The notes under the pieces are model-generated. The model saw only the letters and a list, made by a program, of their open reading frames with translations. It ran no database searches and was not told where the DNA came from. From the NCBI GenBank assembly GCA_946186925.1, contig CAMHPA010000002.1:30668-94667 (forward strand): 64,000 nt of DNA. Reading direction: 5' to 3'. Shown one piece after another: positions 15,308-24,618 of the stretch. The DNA comes from an uncultured Bacteroidota bacterium. GTDB lineage: Bacteria > Bacteroidota > Bacteroidia > Bacteroidales > SZUA-534. Made by a program: the position numbers and the translations under genes. Each line of letters starts with the position of its first letter. The first letter of the stretch is position 1.

Positions 15308-18004
15308 TTATGGATTCAACGTGTAGTTCATGTCGAAGAACTTGTTGTAACGGTCGAGATTGCCGTCCTGAAGGAATTTCTCGTAGTTCGACTTCGATAT
15401 GATGTATTGCTTGTAGCTGTCGCTCACCACGCCGTCGAACACTTCGCCGGCAATAATCACCGACTCAATGTAGTTCTGTGCCATGCGGGCGTTCTTGAAT
15501 TTATCGACTTTGACAATTCCGTAATCTTCAGAGAGTTTGGCTGTCGAGACATCGAAATTCATGAAGTCGAAATACTCGTCGTTGAAGTCGATGAAACCGA
15601 ATCGGATGCGGCTCTCCTCCAGCTTGTGCTTGTCGACAACAACAATGTAGTAGTGCAGCTCGTCGGCATCGAAATTATAGAGCGACACGTCGAGCGAGTC
15701 GTAGGCGGCTTGCGCTGCCAACTGCTCCTCGGCTAGAATCTGCTCCTCGGTCTTCTCCTCAATCTCGTGCGGCTTGCGGTTCAGGGCGGCAATCACGTCA
15801 CGGGCGTAGCCACTCTCATCGCTCTTCGGATACTTGCCGATGAACTCCTTCAGCTTGGCTTCAAATGTTAAACTATCGGTTGATTTACCCTCGCATAACG
15901 TGTTGAGCAGTGCGAATTTAGGCATCAGGCGGCTTTCGTGATATGCCGAATCAACATACTTGAATGTTGAGCTCACATTGTCGCACTCATCGTTAAGGAA
16001 GTAGCGATAAGTAACTTGATACATGAAATTGAGCTCATTCTCAGCTCTTTCCAATTCTTTGTAGTAGTCGGGGTCGTTCAGGATTTTGGCGTAGTCGGTA
16101 TCGGGATACTCGCTGATAATCCGTTTCTTATAGATGTCGGCGTTGGCGTAGTCCTTCTGCAAAAGGTAGGTTTTGTAGAGATTGAACATTGCCGACACTT
16201 CTTTTTCCGACCTTGGATATTTCTTCATGTAGTCGTTAAAAGCGTCAATGGCAAGCGGATAGTCGGCGAATTTGTCTTTGTAGACTACGCCCAGATTGAA
16301 ATAGGCCTGTTCCATCTTCTGCTCCGACACCTTGTAAGCCGAGTCGGTGAGCGGAATATCGACCAAATAATACTCGCGGCTCTTGTTGTCGAGGCCTTTC
16401 TTTGCGTCCTCAGCCTCCTCAGCCTCAGCCGTGCTTCCCACATCGTCCCACTCGGTGACGGTCTTGTTGCTTCGGCGCCAGTTGTCCTCCAGCTTGCGGT
16501 TGCCCCATTTCTTGCGGAACTCGTCCTGCCCAAGGCTCAGCGACGACTGGTTGTAGAAGTACCATTTGCCGCCCGTTGTGTTCTGGCGGCTCATCTGCTG
16601 CGCCTGTGCCAGTTCGCTTTTGGCTACGTTCTCGCGGTTCTTTTCGGCCTGCTCGGCGTTCTTTACTTCCTGTATTTTGCGGTCGATGACCTTGTTGCGT
16701 TCATCCTCGCTCATTTTTGCCAGTCTCTGAAGGCTGTCTTGCGTCTGAATGGTTTCAATGCAGTTTACCAGGTCGGTCAGGTTCTCCGATTTGCGGCGGA
16801 TGTTCTGATAATCAGGATATTCGTGCGGCAGGTTCACCATCGCGCTGTCGTAGTAGAGCTGCGCGTTGCGGTAGTCGGGCTTGTCGAAGTAGATGTCGGC
16901 CACGGCCAGATAAGAGATGCTCTTCTGATTGTCGTTGGTGGTGCTTGCGGCAATCGACTGCTTGAAGTACCACAGGGCATCGTCGTCGCGCATCTCGTTG
17001 TAGGCGATGTTGCCCAGCGCGTAGTAAATCTGGTCGAGATAATCGGTGTTCTTGTCATCTTTCAGCATTTTGGTGAGCTCGCGCTGCAGAGCCGCACTTC
17101 CGCCCGACTCGCTGCTGAAGATGCTCGCCTTGTTGATGCGGGCATTGAAAACATATTCATAATCAGGGTTTTTATCGATAACCTTCTGATACCATTCGCT
17201 TGCCTTGCGGTTGTCCTCGTTGAACTGATAGAGTTGCGCCAGAATATACATCAGGCGGATTTTCTGGCGTTTGTCGCGGCGGATTTTCTGCACGGCTGTT
17301 TCCATGTATGGGATAGCGTCGGCGTAGCGGCCCTGCCGAAGCAGAATGTCGGCCTGAGTCTGAGCCAGCGGCGATTCCATTTTTCGCGACACCTTGCTCA
17401 TGTCGCCCGTCACGGTGCTGATGAAATCGTTGGCCTGCTGATATTTCTCCATCTCGGTGTAGCAGCGAGCCAGCCAGATGTAGGCTTCGGTCTTGGTGTC
17501 CTGCTCATCGTACTGGCGGACAATCTGCGAGAACTGCTCAATGGCGGCGAAATAATCCTGCTTGATGGTTTTCGCCTTGCCCTCGAGCATCTCGGCATTG
17601 TCAATCCACTTCACATACTCATTTTTGTTCTGGAATGCCTTCTGCTTGTCGTTCAGCTTCTTGCCTTTCTTGGTTTTCGGCTTGGCCGTGATGGAGTGCT
17701 TGCGTATGCACTTTTCGCTCTTCTCAATCACGCGGTTCATGTCGCTGTACGATGTGAGCGCGGCCTCCTTGTCGCTATATACAAACACGGGCAGGACAAG
17801 CGAGAAATTCTCTTTGTGGGCCGAATAGATTTTCTCCATGCCCGACTTATATGCCTCGTTTCCATTGAAATAGACGTTGTATTTCGATGTAAGGTTATGG
17901 TAACCGCGGCGTATGGGCGTGTTTTTGGCAGGCGAACAGCAAACCAATAGCACAGCGGCTGAAGCCATGCTCAAAAGGGTGACTGTTTTGCTTATCCTTG
18001 ACAC
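15308..18004 (-). CDS. TPR-repeat lipoprotein, PorW/SprE-like (type IX secretion/gliding associated)
   Basis: The track ORF reaches TTG 18064, but a -7 box (18025..18032) lies inside that extension. GTG at 18004 gives MSRISKTVTLLSMASAAVLLVCCSPAKN, and ATG at 17968 is an alternative. The N-terminal block RRGYHNLTSKYNVYFNGNEAY plus ~900 aa of TPR-like repeats is as I recall for SprE/PorW. Confidence 0.55.
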   Translation of the reverse strand: MSRISKTVTLLSMASAAVLLVCCSPAKNTPIRRGYHNLTSKYNVYFNGNEAYKSGMEKIYSAHKENFSLVLPVFVYSDKEAALTSYSDMNRVIEKSEKCIRKHSITAKPKTKKGKKLNDKQKAFQNKNEYVKWIDNAEMLEGKAKTIKQDYFAAIEQFSQIVRQYDEQDTKTEAYIWLARCYTEMEKYQQANDFISTVTGDMSKVSRKMESPLAQTQADILLRQGRYADAIPYMETAVQKIRRDKRQKIRLMYILAQLYQFNEDNRKASEWYQKVIDKNPDYEYVFNARINKASIFSSESGGSAALQRELTKMLKDDKNTDYLDQIYYALGNIAYNEMRDDDALWYFKQSIAASTTNDNQKSISYLAVADIYFDKPDYRNAQLYYDSAMVNLPHEYPDYQNIRRKSENLTDLVNCIETIQTQDSLQRLAKMSEDERNKVIDRKIQEVKNAEQAEKNRENVAKSELAQAQQMSRQNTTGGKWYFYNQSSLSLGQDEFRKKWGNRKLEDNWRRSNKTVTEWDDVGSTAEAEEAEDAKKGLDNKSREYYLVDIPLTDSAYKVSEQKMEQAYFNLGVVYKDKFADYPLAIDAFNDYMKKYPRSEKEVSAMFNLYKTYLLQKDYANADIYKKRIISEYPDTDYAKILNDPDYYKELERAENELNFMYQVTYRYFLNDECDNVSSTFKYVDSAYHESRLMPKFALLNTLCEGKSTDSLTFEAKLKEFIGKYPKSDESGYARDVIAALNRKPHEIEEKTEEQILAEEQLAAQAAYDSLDVSLYNFDADELHYYIVVVDKHKLEESRIRFGFIDFNDEYFDFMNFDVSTAKLSEDYGIVKVDKFKNARMAQNYIESVIIAGEVFDGVVSDSYKQYIISKSNYEKFLQDGNLDRYNKFFDMNYTLNP

Positions 18005-18024
18005 AATCTGTTTTTTTAGCGATG

Positions 18025-18032
18025 CAAAAATA
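18025..18032 (-). promoter_or_regulatory. -7 box (TATTTTTG on the minus strand) of the PorW-like gene
   Basis: The reverse complement of caaaaata lies 20 nt upstream of GTG 18004. Confidence 0.4.
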
Positions 18033-18139
18033 GTTTTTTCTAAATAGATAAGTTGACCGACCAAACGGTCCCGAAAATAAACGAGAAAAGTGATGCTTTA
18101 GTGTGCGATGCACCGTTTATGTTCAAATACAAATTTGTG

Positions 18140-18147
18140 TATTTTTG
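18140..18147 (+). promoter_or_regulatory. -7 box (TATTTTTG) of the AraC-family gene
   Basis: Immediately upstream of the ATGs at 18155 and 18164. Confidence 0.4.
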
Positions 18148-18154
18148 CCTCAAA

Positions 18155-19033
18155 ATGGGCATAATGCATACGGAACATCTCGTACATCACGGAGTAAATG
18201 GAAATCAGACGGAACGCGACTTTGTCATTCGTCTGCTTGATGATAGCGCCCGGTACGCCATGTCGTGTCCAACCCCGATAGCCTGTATGCGTAACCATGG
18301 ATTCATGTTTCTTGTCAGGGGAGAGGTGTTGGTTGAGGCTGAGCAGGATCAGCTTTTGGTTTCTGCCAACGAGTGTTTGACTATTCCTGCCGAAACGCCA
18401 TTCAGAATCAGATATTTCCGCAATTGCAGCGGCTTTATGGGCAGTTTCAGCACCGATTTTTTGTGCACCAATCCGCTGGTTACAAACAGTTTCCGCGGAT
18501 TTTCGTTCATGCAGGCCCATGCCGGTTACGTTGCGCAGTTCGACCACTCGCGCAGCAGCTTTATACAAATGCTGCTTGAGCGCATTTACAACGAAACATT
18601 GTCGGTTCCGTGTAACGATGATGTGATTCGCGCCAACCTGAACTCTTTTTTGGTCGAGATGGCCGTCGGCAACAACAAAACGGCAGCGGTACCCTCGCGC
18701 AACGTGCTTTGCAACCGATTTATGGAGATGGTCTTTGAAACGGGGCAGAAAAAGATGTCGGTTGCAGAATATGCTGATAAATTAAATGTTACGGCAAACC
18801 ATTTAAACAAAACAGTTAAGCAAAACACCAATAAGCCTGTTTCATATTGGATTGATGAGTCATTGATGCTGGCCGCCAAAATGATGCTGAAAAACACCTC
18901 CTTGACAATGACTCAGATATCTGATTCGTTAGGAATCACCGATCCCTCGTATTTTGCGAGACGCTTCCGCCAGCATGAGCAAATGACGCCAAGTGAGTAT
19001 CGGAAGATTGTAAAGGCTGATTACCACGGATGA
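18155..19033 (+). CDS. AraC family transcriptional regulator
   Basis: The C-terminus has a double HTH: SVAEYADKLNVTANHLNKTVKQ...LTMTQISDSLGITDPSYFARRFRQHEQMTPSEYRK. The N-terminus is a cupin-like sensor. The track start (18053) would overlap the divergent gene, so ATG 18155 or 18164 is preferred. Confidence 0.85.
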   Translation: MGIMHTEHLVHHGVNGNQTERDFVIRLLDDSARYAMSCPTPIACMRNHGFMFLVRGEVLVEAEQDQLLVSANECLTIPAETPFRIRYFRNCSGFMGSFSTDFLCTNPLVTNSFRGFSFMQAHAGYVAQFDHSRSSFIQMLLERIYNETLSVPCNDDVIRANLNSFLVEMAVGNNKTAAVPSRNVLCNRFMEMVFETGQKKMSVAEYADKLNVTANHLNKTVKQNTNKPVSYWIDESLMLAAKMMLKNTSLTMTQISDSLGITDPSYFARRFRQHEQMTPSEYRKIVKADYHG

Positions 19034-19077
19034 TTCGCGGCAAAAAAGAAGCTGTTTCTCATTTCTGCCTCAACGCC

Positions 19078-20241
19078 CTACAATTTGGCTTTATACATAT
19101 AGCTCTCGCCGTCGTCGTCCAATATGCAGAAATACAAAGTGTTACTGTTTTTGCTGTATGTTATGCCACCGTAAAGATGCTTGCCGCCGAGACTGTATCT
19201 GGCTATCAGGTTTCCATCCCAATCGAATCTGAAAAGCTCGGCGTTTGCGTCCACCGTCTTCGTCATATAATCAATACTTTCCTGAATGTGTTGAATATCA
19301 ACCTTTTTTTCCACAAACCGATGTGTACGTTCGTTCAATACAAAAATGCTCTCGTCATCGCCATAAGGAGAACGGTAATAGAAATTTCTTCCGTAGCTTT
19401 CGTTCCACCAAACACCACCCATAAAATCATTAATTCTATACTTGCCGTCATCTGGTTCTGGACCGTTTATCCTTTTTATCAGATTCAAATCCAAATCGAA
19501 AACCTTTGCATACGGCCGGTATGCGTTGAAACAAATCACACGGTTTTTCTGTTTGTTAATCGAAAAATATTCACGGGAAATATCATCCATCTTGTATTTT
19601 ACGCCTATGTAGTCAGATGCGTTGTACTCGGGAATGCATCGTCCGCTTTTGGTGAACCAATAGAATTCGGGCAGTTTCGTGTATGACTCGCAACCATCGA
19701 TAACGCCGTCGAAATAATAATCGTTGCCTGTCAAAAACATAGTGTCGTCCACCGAACACCATTCCGACGTAAAATTGTCTCGCTCTGTTCTGATAATGTC
19801 AGGCGTGTAATCGTTGCCGTACATAATGGCGGAATCGAGATTAAACGGCACTAATTTGCCAGAGGGACACATTATATCTAAATGATTGTAATTAAGATTT
19901 GCGTATGAGGCGAGCAACTCGCGCGGGCCTCGTCCGTTTGTGAAATACTCGCCAATGATTTCGCCGTTGTTCAGATTGACCAAAGTCACCATTTTCTTCA
20001 TCGGAAATGGATTCTGGAACTTCCTCACAATCAAAACGCTGTCTTGATAGATGTACAAACTGTTACGCCCCATTGTGTAATCTTCGGGCAGGTCGATTTT
20101 CTCCAATTGGAGCGTCTGCACTGGCGGCAAATTTTCCTCTTGAAGTGTTACAATTTCGTACTGGCCATTTTGTTTTTCACTGTTGCAGCCCACCACGGCG
20201 GCTAGCATCAGCATTGCGGCGGCTAAATGTTTTGTTCGCAT
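19078..20241 (-). CDS. 6-bladed beta-propeller lipoprotein (BF3164-like family)
   Basis: 387 aa. Lipobox AAVVGCNSEK and the motif TNGRGPRELL, which is shared with ORF 22306..23442 (TIGRGPREY). Confidence 0.55.
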   Translation of the reverse strand: MRTKHLAAAMLMLAAVVGCNSEKQNGQYEIVTLQEENLPPVQTLQLEKIDLPEDYTMGRNSLYIYQDSVLIVRKFQNPFPMKKMVTLVNLNNGEIIGEYFTNGRGPRELLASYANLNYNHLDIMCPSGKLVPFNLDSAIMYGNDYTPDIIRTERDNFTSEWCSVDDTMFLTGNDYYFDGVIDGCESYTKLPEFYWFTKSGRCIPEYNASDYIGVKYKMDDISREYFSINKQKNRVICFNAYRPYAKVFDLDLNLIKRINGPEPDDGKYRINDFMGGVWWNESYGRNFYYRSPYGDDESIFVLNERTHRFVEKKVDIQHIQESIDYMTKTVDANAELFRFDWDGNLIARYSLGGKHLYGGITYSKNSNTLYFCILDDDGESYMYKAKL

Positions 20242-20403
20242 AATTTGTTAGTTTGTAGTTATTTAAACGTGTTTATCGGCACTAGTTGCATACCGCGAAA
20301 CAAAAATAGGAAATGATTTTTACTAAAGCAATAGTCATGCGTTTTTTGTCAATGTGGGGCGGCTAATATTGGAATCATTTGTTTTAGGTTCATCGTTTTT
20401 AGT

Positions 20404-20411
20404 TATATTTG
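20404..20411 (+). promoter_or_regulatory. -7 box (TATATTTG) of the NifU-like/GGGtGRT operon
   Basis: It ends 53 nt upstream of the ATG at 20465. Confidence 0.4.
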
Positions 20412-20464
20412 CCGCTTGGTTAGTGGACAACACTACGGTTATAAAACTTTAACAGATTAGTAAT

Positions 20465-21157
20465 ATGAACTTTACACACGAAGTACAAGGTATGGTTTGC
20501 GTAGCACAAGGCGCCAACCATGGCCCCGCCCCGATTCCTGAAGAGGGCAAATGGGTGAAGGCTAAAGAAATCAAAGATATCAGTGGTTTCACCCACGGTA
20601 TCGGCTGGTGCGCCCCACAGCAGGGTGCCTGCAAACTCTCGTTGAACGTCAAAGAGGGTGTCATTCAAGAGGCTCTGGTTGAGACCATCGGCTGCACCGG
20701 CATGACTCACTCGGCTGCAATGGCCGCTGAGATTCTTCCGGGCAAGACCATTCTCGAGGCTCTCAACACCGACCTGGTTTGCGACGCAATCAACACCGCA
20801 ATGCGCGAGTTGTTCCTGCAGATTGTTTACGGCCGTACACAGAGCGCCTTCTCAGAGGGCGGCCTGACCATCGGCGCCGGCCTTGAGGACCTTGGCAAAG
20901 GCCTTCGCGGCATCACCGGCACACTCTACGGCACATCGGTTAAAGGACCGCGTTACCTTGAGATGGCCGAGGGTTACATCACCAAAATCGGTTTGGACAA
21001 GAACAACGAGATTATCGGCTACCGCTTCGTTAACCTTGGCCGTATGATGGATATGATTAAGGGCGGAATGGACGCCAACGAGGCTCTTCAGAAAGCATCT
21101 GGCAAATATGGCCGCATCGAAGAGGCTGTTAAAGAAATTGACCCACGTAAAGAATAG
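20465..21157 (+). CDS. Iron-sulfur cluster scaffold-like protein (NifU/IscU N-terminal-like domain with a ~100-aa C-terminal extension)
   Basis: 230 aa. Three Cys sit in IscU-like contexts: GIGWCAPQQGAC, ETIGCTGMTHSAAMAAE (compare FGCGSAIASSS) and TDLVCDAINTAM. Confidence 0.65.
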   Translation: MNFTHEVQGMVCVAQGANHGPAPIPEEGKWVKAKEIKDISGFTHGIGWCAPQQGACKLSLNVKEGVIQEALVETIGCTGMTHSAAMAAEILPGKTILEALNTDLVCDAINTAMRELFLQIVYGRTQSAFSEGGLTIGAGLEDLGKGLRGITGTLYGTSVKGPRYLEMAEGYITKIGLDKNNEIIGYRFVNLGRMMDMIKGGMDANEALQKASGKYGRIEEAVKEIDPRKE

Positions 21158-21169
21158 GAGGACACAGAT

Positions 21170-22183
21170 ATGGCAATTAGAGAAGTAAAATTCGAAAGTC
21201 AGGACCGTCGCGAGAAGCAGATTCTTGCTGCTTTGAACGCTAACGGCATTAAAAGTATCGAAGAGGCTAACCAAATCTGCGAATCTTATGGTTTGGACCC
21301 GTACAAAACCTGCGAGGACACACAGCCAATCTGCTTCGAGAACGCTAAATGGGCTTACGTTGTAGGCGCCGCCATCGCTCTGAAGAAAGGCTGCAAAAAC
21401 GCCGCTGACGCCGCTGAGGCTATCGGTATCGGTCTGCAGTCGTTCTGCATCCCCGGCTCTGTAGCCGACGACCGCAAGGTTGGTCTGGGACACGGCAACC
21501 TGGCCGCTCGTCTGCTTCGCGAGGAGACCAAATGCTTCGCCTTCCTGGCAGGCCACGAGTCGTTTGCAGCCGCTGAGGGCGCTATCAAAATCGCCGCAAA
21601 GGCCGACAAGGTGCGCAAAGAGCCACTTCGCTGCATTCTGAACGGTCTGGGCAAAGACGCTGCCAAAATCATTTCGCGTATCAATGGTTTCACCTACGTT
21701 CACACTGATTTCGACTACTTTACAGGCGAGCTGAAAGTGGTTGAGGAAATCAAATACTCTGACGGCGAGCGCGCAAAAGTACGCTGCTACGGCGCCAACG
21801 ACGTTCGTGAGGGCGTGGCCATTATGTGGAAAGAGGGCGTTGACGTGTCAATCACCGGCAACTCGACCAACCCAACCCGCTTCCAACACCCGGTTGCAGG
21901 CACTTACAAGAAAGAGTGCACCGAGCGTGGCAAGAAGTATTTCTCAGTAGCATCGGGTGGCGGCACCGGCCGTACTCTGCACCCCGACAATATGGCTGCA
22001 GGTCCGGCATCGTACGGTATGACCGACACAATGGGCCGTATGCACTCTGACGCTCAATTCGCTGGTTCGTCTTCAGTTCCGGCTCACGTTGAGATGATGG
22101 GCTTCCTCGGAATCGGCAACAACCCGATGGTTGGCGCTACCGTGGCTGTGGCCGTTGACGTTGCAACTGCACTGAACAAGTAA
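21170..22183 (+). CDS. GGGtGRT family protein (function unknown)
   Basis: 337 aa. It contains the eponymous motif ASGGGTGRTLHPDNMAAGPASYGMTDTMGRMH, and starts 12 nt after the scaffold-like gene. Confidence 0.8.
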   Translation: MAIREVKFESQDRREKQILAALNANGIKSIEEANQICESYGLDPYKTCEDTQPICFENAKWAYVVGAAIALKKGCKNAADAAEAIGIGLQSFCIPGSVADDRKVGLGHGNLAARLLREETKCFAFLAGHESFAAAEGAIKIAAKADKVRKEPLRCILNGLGKDAAKIISRINGFTYVHTDFDYFTGELKVVEEIKYSDGERAKVRCYGANDVREGVAIMWKEGVDVSITGNSTNPTRFQHPVAGTYKKECTERGKKYFSVASGGGTGRTLHPDNMAAGPASYGMTDTMGRMHSDAQFAGSSSVPAHVEMMGFLGIGNNPMVGATVAVAVDVATALNK

Positions 22184-22206
22184 GAACATACTTTTTCATA
22201 GAAAAG

Positions 22207-22238
22207 GCCCCGACGGATTTTCTGTCGGGGCTTTTTTG
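22207..22238 (+). terminator. Intrinsic terminator
   Basis: gccccgac-ggattttct-gtcggggc followed by tttttt. Confidence 0.75.
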
Positions 22239-22305
22239 TAAACCGTGGTTAGATACTGATTGATAGATTTTTTTGATTATCTTGCATCATCTAAAACTAT
22301 CTGTT

Positions 22306-23442
22306 ATGAAAACACCTCTTTTACTTCTTGCTGCGGCAATGGCTTTTGCATCGTGCAGCCATTCACCGGAAGTGCCGACAATCAAAAACGATATTTTGGA
22401 GGTTGAGGAAGTCTGGCTCGACGATATTGCAACAGACATTGAGGTGCAGCCCATTGTGTGCGACTATCCGTTGGAGACGTTTCTTATAATTTGCGGCAGC
22501 GACAGCGTGTTTGTCGCCCTCGACGAAAACGTGCAGACATTGTATTACGTGGTGGATAACCACGTGGTGTCGAAGCTGAAAACCATCGGGCGCGGGCCTC
22601 GTGAGTACCGGAACATAACTGGTATAGCGTATTCAGCGGTCGACAAAACCCTCTACGCCTACTCGCCTGACCGACAGAGTATTTACTGTTATAAAATGCC
22701 TGGTTTCGAGTTCGCTGGCAAGCGTGATTTGAAGCAAGATGTGAACGCAATGATTCTGCTGGATGACAAAAACTTGCTGCTAACCGGCTATGATTACGAC
22801 AGTTGCGCCAACAGCGGCATCTATCGCTACAATTTGGAAAGCGGCGCGGCCGAAAGAATCATCGAGACCAATTATGTAAGTAATACTTACACCAGCACTT
22901 CATCGTTCTGCACAAAGGGCGGCAGCGTATTTTTTGCAATGCCCGGCTCCGGCAACATCATTTACCAGTATAACGGCTCCGCGCTGCAGCCGTATGCAAA
23001 AATCGATTACGGCAGTTTCAATTTCGACAACGATTTGTGCAACATTGATGGGAACAAAACTGAAGATATGATGAAGTATTTCAGCTACACAGAGGAGAAA
23101 GACTTTGCCATCGGGGGTTATCATTTAGATGTAAACGATTCAACCATAACCTATTGGCATAGGCCGCGCATCGGCAAAAAGTACTGCAGTTATTATACTG
23201 TCTGCAAAGGCAAAGAGAGCCGCAATTACAGCATCAGCATTGCCGGATTGAACTATAAATTGTTTCCGATGATGATTAAGAACGGTGTTTACACAACCAT
23301 TATCGATGGCGACTGGGAGAGCAAAATAAAGCCCGGTGAACCGCTGTCGCCATTAGCCCAGAGAATTGTTGAGGCAATGAAGAAACAAAACGACTATAAT
23401 CCGGTTTTGGTGAGGTTCCGATTGAAGTCAGTTGGAACTTGA
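22306..23442 (+). CDS. 6-bladed beta-propeller lipoprotein (paralog of 19078..20241)
   Basis: The track ORF starts at TTG 22273. The ATG at 22306 gives MKTPLLLLAAAMAFASCSH (lipobox). It carries the GRGPREY motif. Confidence 0.55.
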   Translation: MKTPLLLLAAAMAFASCSHSPEVPTIKNDILEVEEVWLDDIATDIEVQPIVCDYPLETFLIICGSDSVFVALDENVQTLYYVVDNHVVSKLKTIGRGPREYRNITGIAYSAVDKTLYAYSPDRQSIYCYKMPGFEFAGKRDLKQDVNAMILLDDKNLLLTGYDYDSCANSGIYRYNLESGAAERIIETNYVSNTYTSTSSFCTKGGSVFFAMPGSGNIIYQYNGSALQPYAKIDYGSFNFDNDLCNIDGNKTEDMMKYFSYTEEKDFAIGGYHLDVNDSTITYWHRPRIGKKYCSYYTVCKGKESRNYSISIAGLNYKLFPMMIKNGVYTTIIDGDWESKIKPGEPLSPLAQRIVEAMKKQNDYNPVLVRFRLKSVGT

Positions 23443-23486
23443 GGACGATAAAACTTCGTTCCCGATGTTTTTTCGCGTTTTCCGTT

Positions 23487-23503
23487 CCCGATAGCTATCA
23501 GGG
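23487..23503. repeat. Variant copy of the palindrome (CCCGATAGCTATCAGGG)
   Basis: It has a 1-nt insertion relative to the 16-mer and is preceded by the stutter gttcccgat...gttcccgat. It lies between convergent genes. Confidence 0.8.
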
Positions 23504-23511
23504 TGTTGTGG

Positions 23512-24615
23512 TTATTTCCCCGGTTTGAGCCGAATCAGCGTCACCTCGCTGCGAGTGCCCACGCGCATTGGCGGGCCGAATGTGCCCGAACCTTCCGATG
23601 TGTAGATTTGAAGGCTGCCGTGTTGATACAAGCCTCGGTTAAAGTTGAAAATGCGGTCGTTCACGAGAGTGACCGGGAAGAGCTGTCCGCCGTGAGTGTG
23701 GCCTGCCAGATAGAGCCCGATGCCGGCCCGCTCGGCATATTCGGCACCTACAGGGTTGTGGTGCAGCAGAATCGACGGGAGGGTGCTGTCGAGAGCTATT
23801 TCCGGCAGTGTGTTTTCAATGGTTTTCGCACCCACACCGGCGTGCATATGGTCGATGGTGCGGTCGTCGGGGCGCATATAGTCCAGGCCGACAATCTGAA
23901 TGCCGCAGCACTCCGTCATAGTGTTCTCCAGCACGTTGACGCCCGCTTCGCGCATCAGCCGCTTCACGCTGTCAACATCAACGTACATATCGTGGTTGCC
24001 CGAGACGAAAAAGATTGGAACCGAGAGCTTTTTCAGCGGCTCAAGTGTCTCTGGCTCAAGGTTGTAGAAACTCTCGAACATATCGCCGGTAATGACCACC
24101 ATCTGCGCATCGGTCTTGTTAACAATATTGACCAGTTTCTCAAGATTGCGCCGTCCGCGGAAATGCCCCAAATGAACATCCGATAGTTGTGCAATCTGCA
24201 CTGGCTCAGTGAGTTTCGGCAGCTCAATATCGATGGTTTTCAGTCGTGGCCACGATGTGTTGACAATGCCGAACAACGAAATCAGAACTGTTCCGGCAGC
24301 AACTATCAATCCGAAGGTTTTTGGTTGGAAGTGCGCAAATATATTCACTATGTCTGTCAGTAACATAACCAACAGCATATAAAGAAAAACTCCAACCATT
24401 GCCGACAGCACCACAACCACCGGATGAAGCACCGGATAGTAGTTTTTGGCGGCCATCATCGAGTTAATCGAGAAGAAAGCCAGTATAAAAAGGCCAGCAA
24501 AAAGCCACCACTTGCCAATGCCTGTGGCAAAGGCTATGCGGCTGGCCATATAGTAGGAGGCCAAACCAATGATGGCGAAAAACAGCAGCGGAACAATCGC
24601 AAACATACGGTTCAT
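23512..24615 (-). CDS. Membrane-anchored metallophosphoesterase (YkuE/calcineurin-like)
   Basis: 367 aa. About 4 N-terminal TM helices, then the motifs LSDVHLG, ITGDMFE, VSGNHD and LAGHTHGGQ. Confidence 0.85.
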   Translation of the reverse strand: MNRMFAIVPLLFFAIIGLASYYMASRIAFATGIGKWWLFAGLFILAFFSINSMMAAKNYYPVLHPVVVVLSAMVGVFLYMLLVMLLTDIVNIFAHFQPKTFGLIVAAGTVLISLFGIVNTSWPRLKTIDIELPKLTEPVQIAQLSDVHLGHFRGRRNLEKLVNIVNKTDAQMVVITGDMFESFYNLEPETLEPLKKLSVPIFFVSGNHDMYVDVDSVKRLMREAGVNVLENTMTECCGIQIVGLDYMRPDDRTIDHMHAGVGAKTIENTLPEIALDSTLPSILLHHNPVGAEYAERAGIGLYLAGHTHGGQLFPVTLVNDRIFNFNRGLYQHGSLQIYTSEGSGTFGPPMRVGTRSEVTLIRLKPGK

Positions 24616-24618
24616 TGG

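Noticed and set aside
18053-18154. Upstream extensions of the AraC-family ORF (track start 18053) and of the TPR lipoprotein ORF (TTG start at 18064), which would make the two divergent genes overlap
   Set aside because: Each extension contains the other gene's TAnnTTTG promoter box. The internal starts (18155/18164, and 18004/17968) give a sensible N-terminus and a lipoprotein signal peptide.
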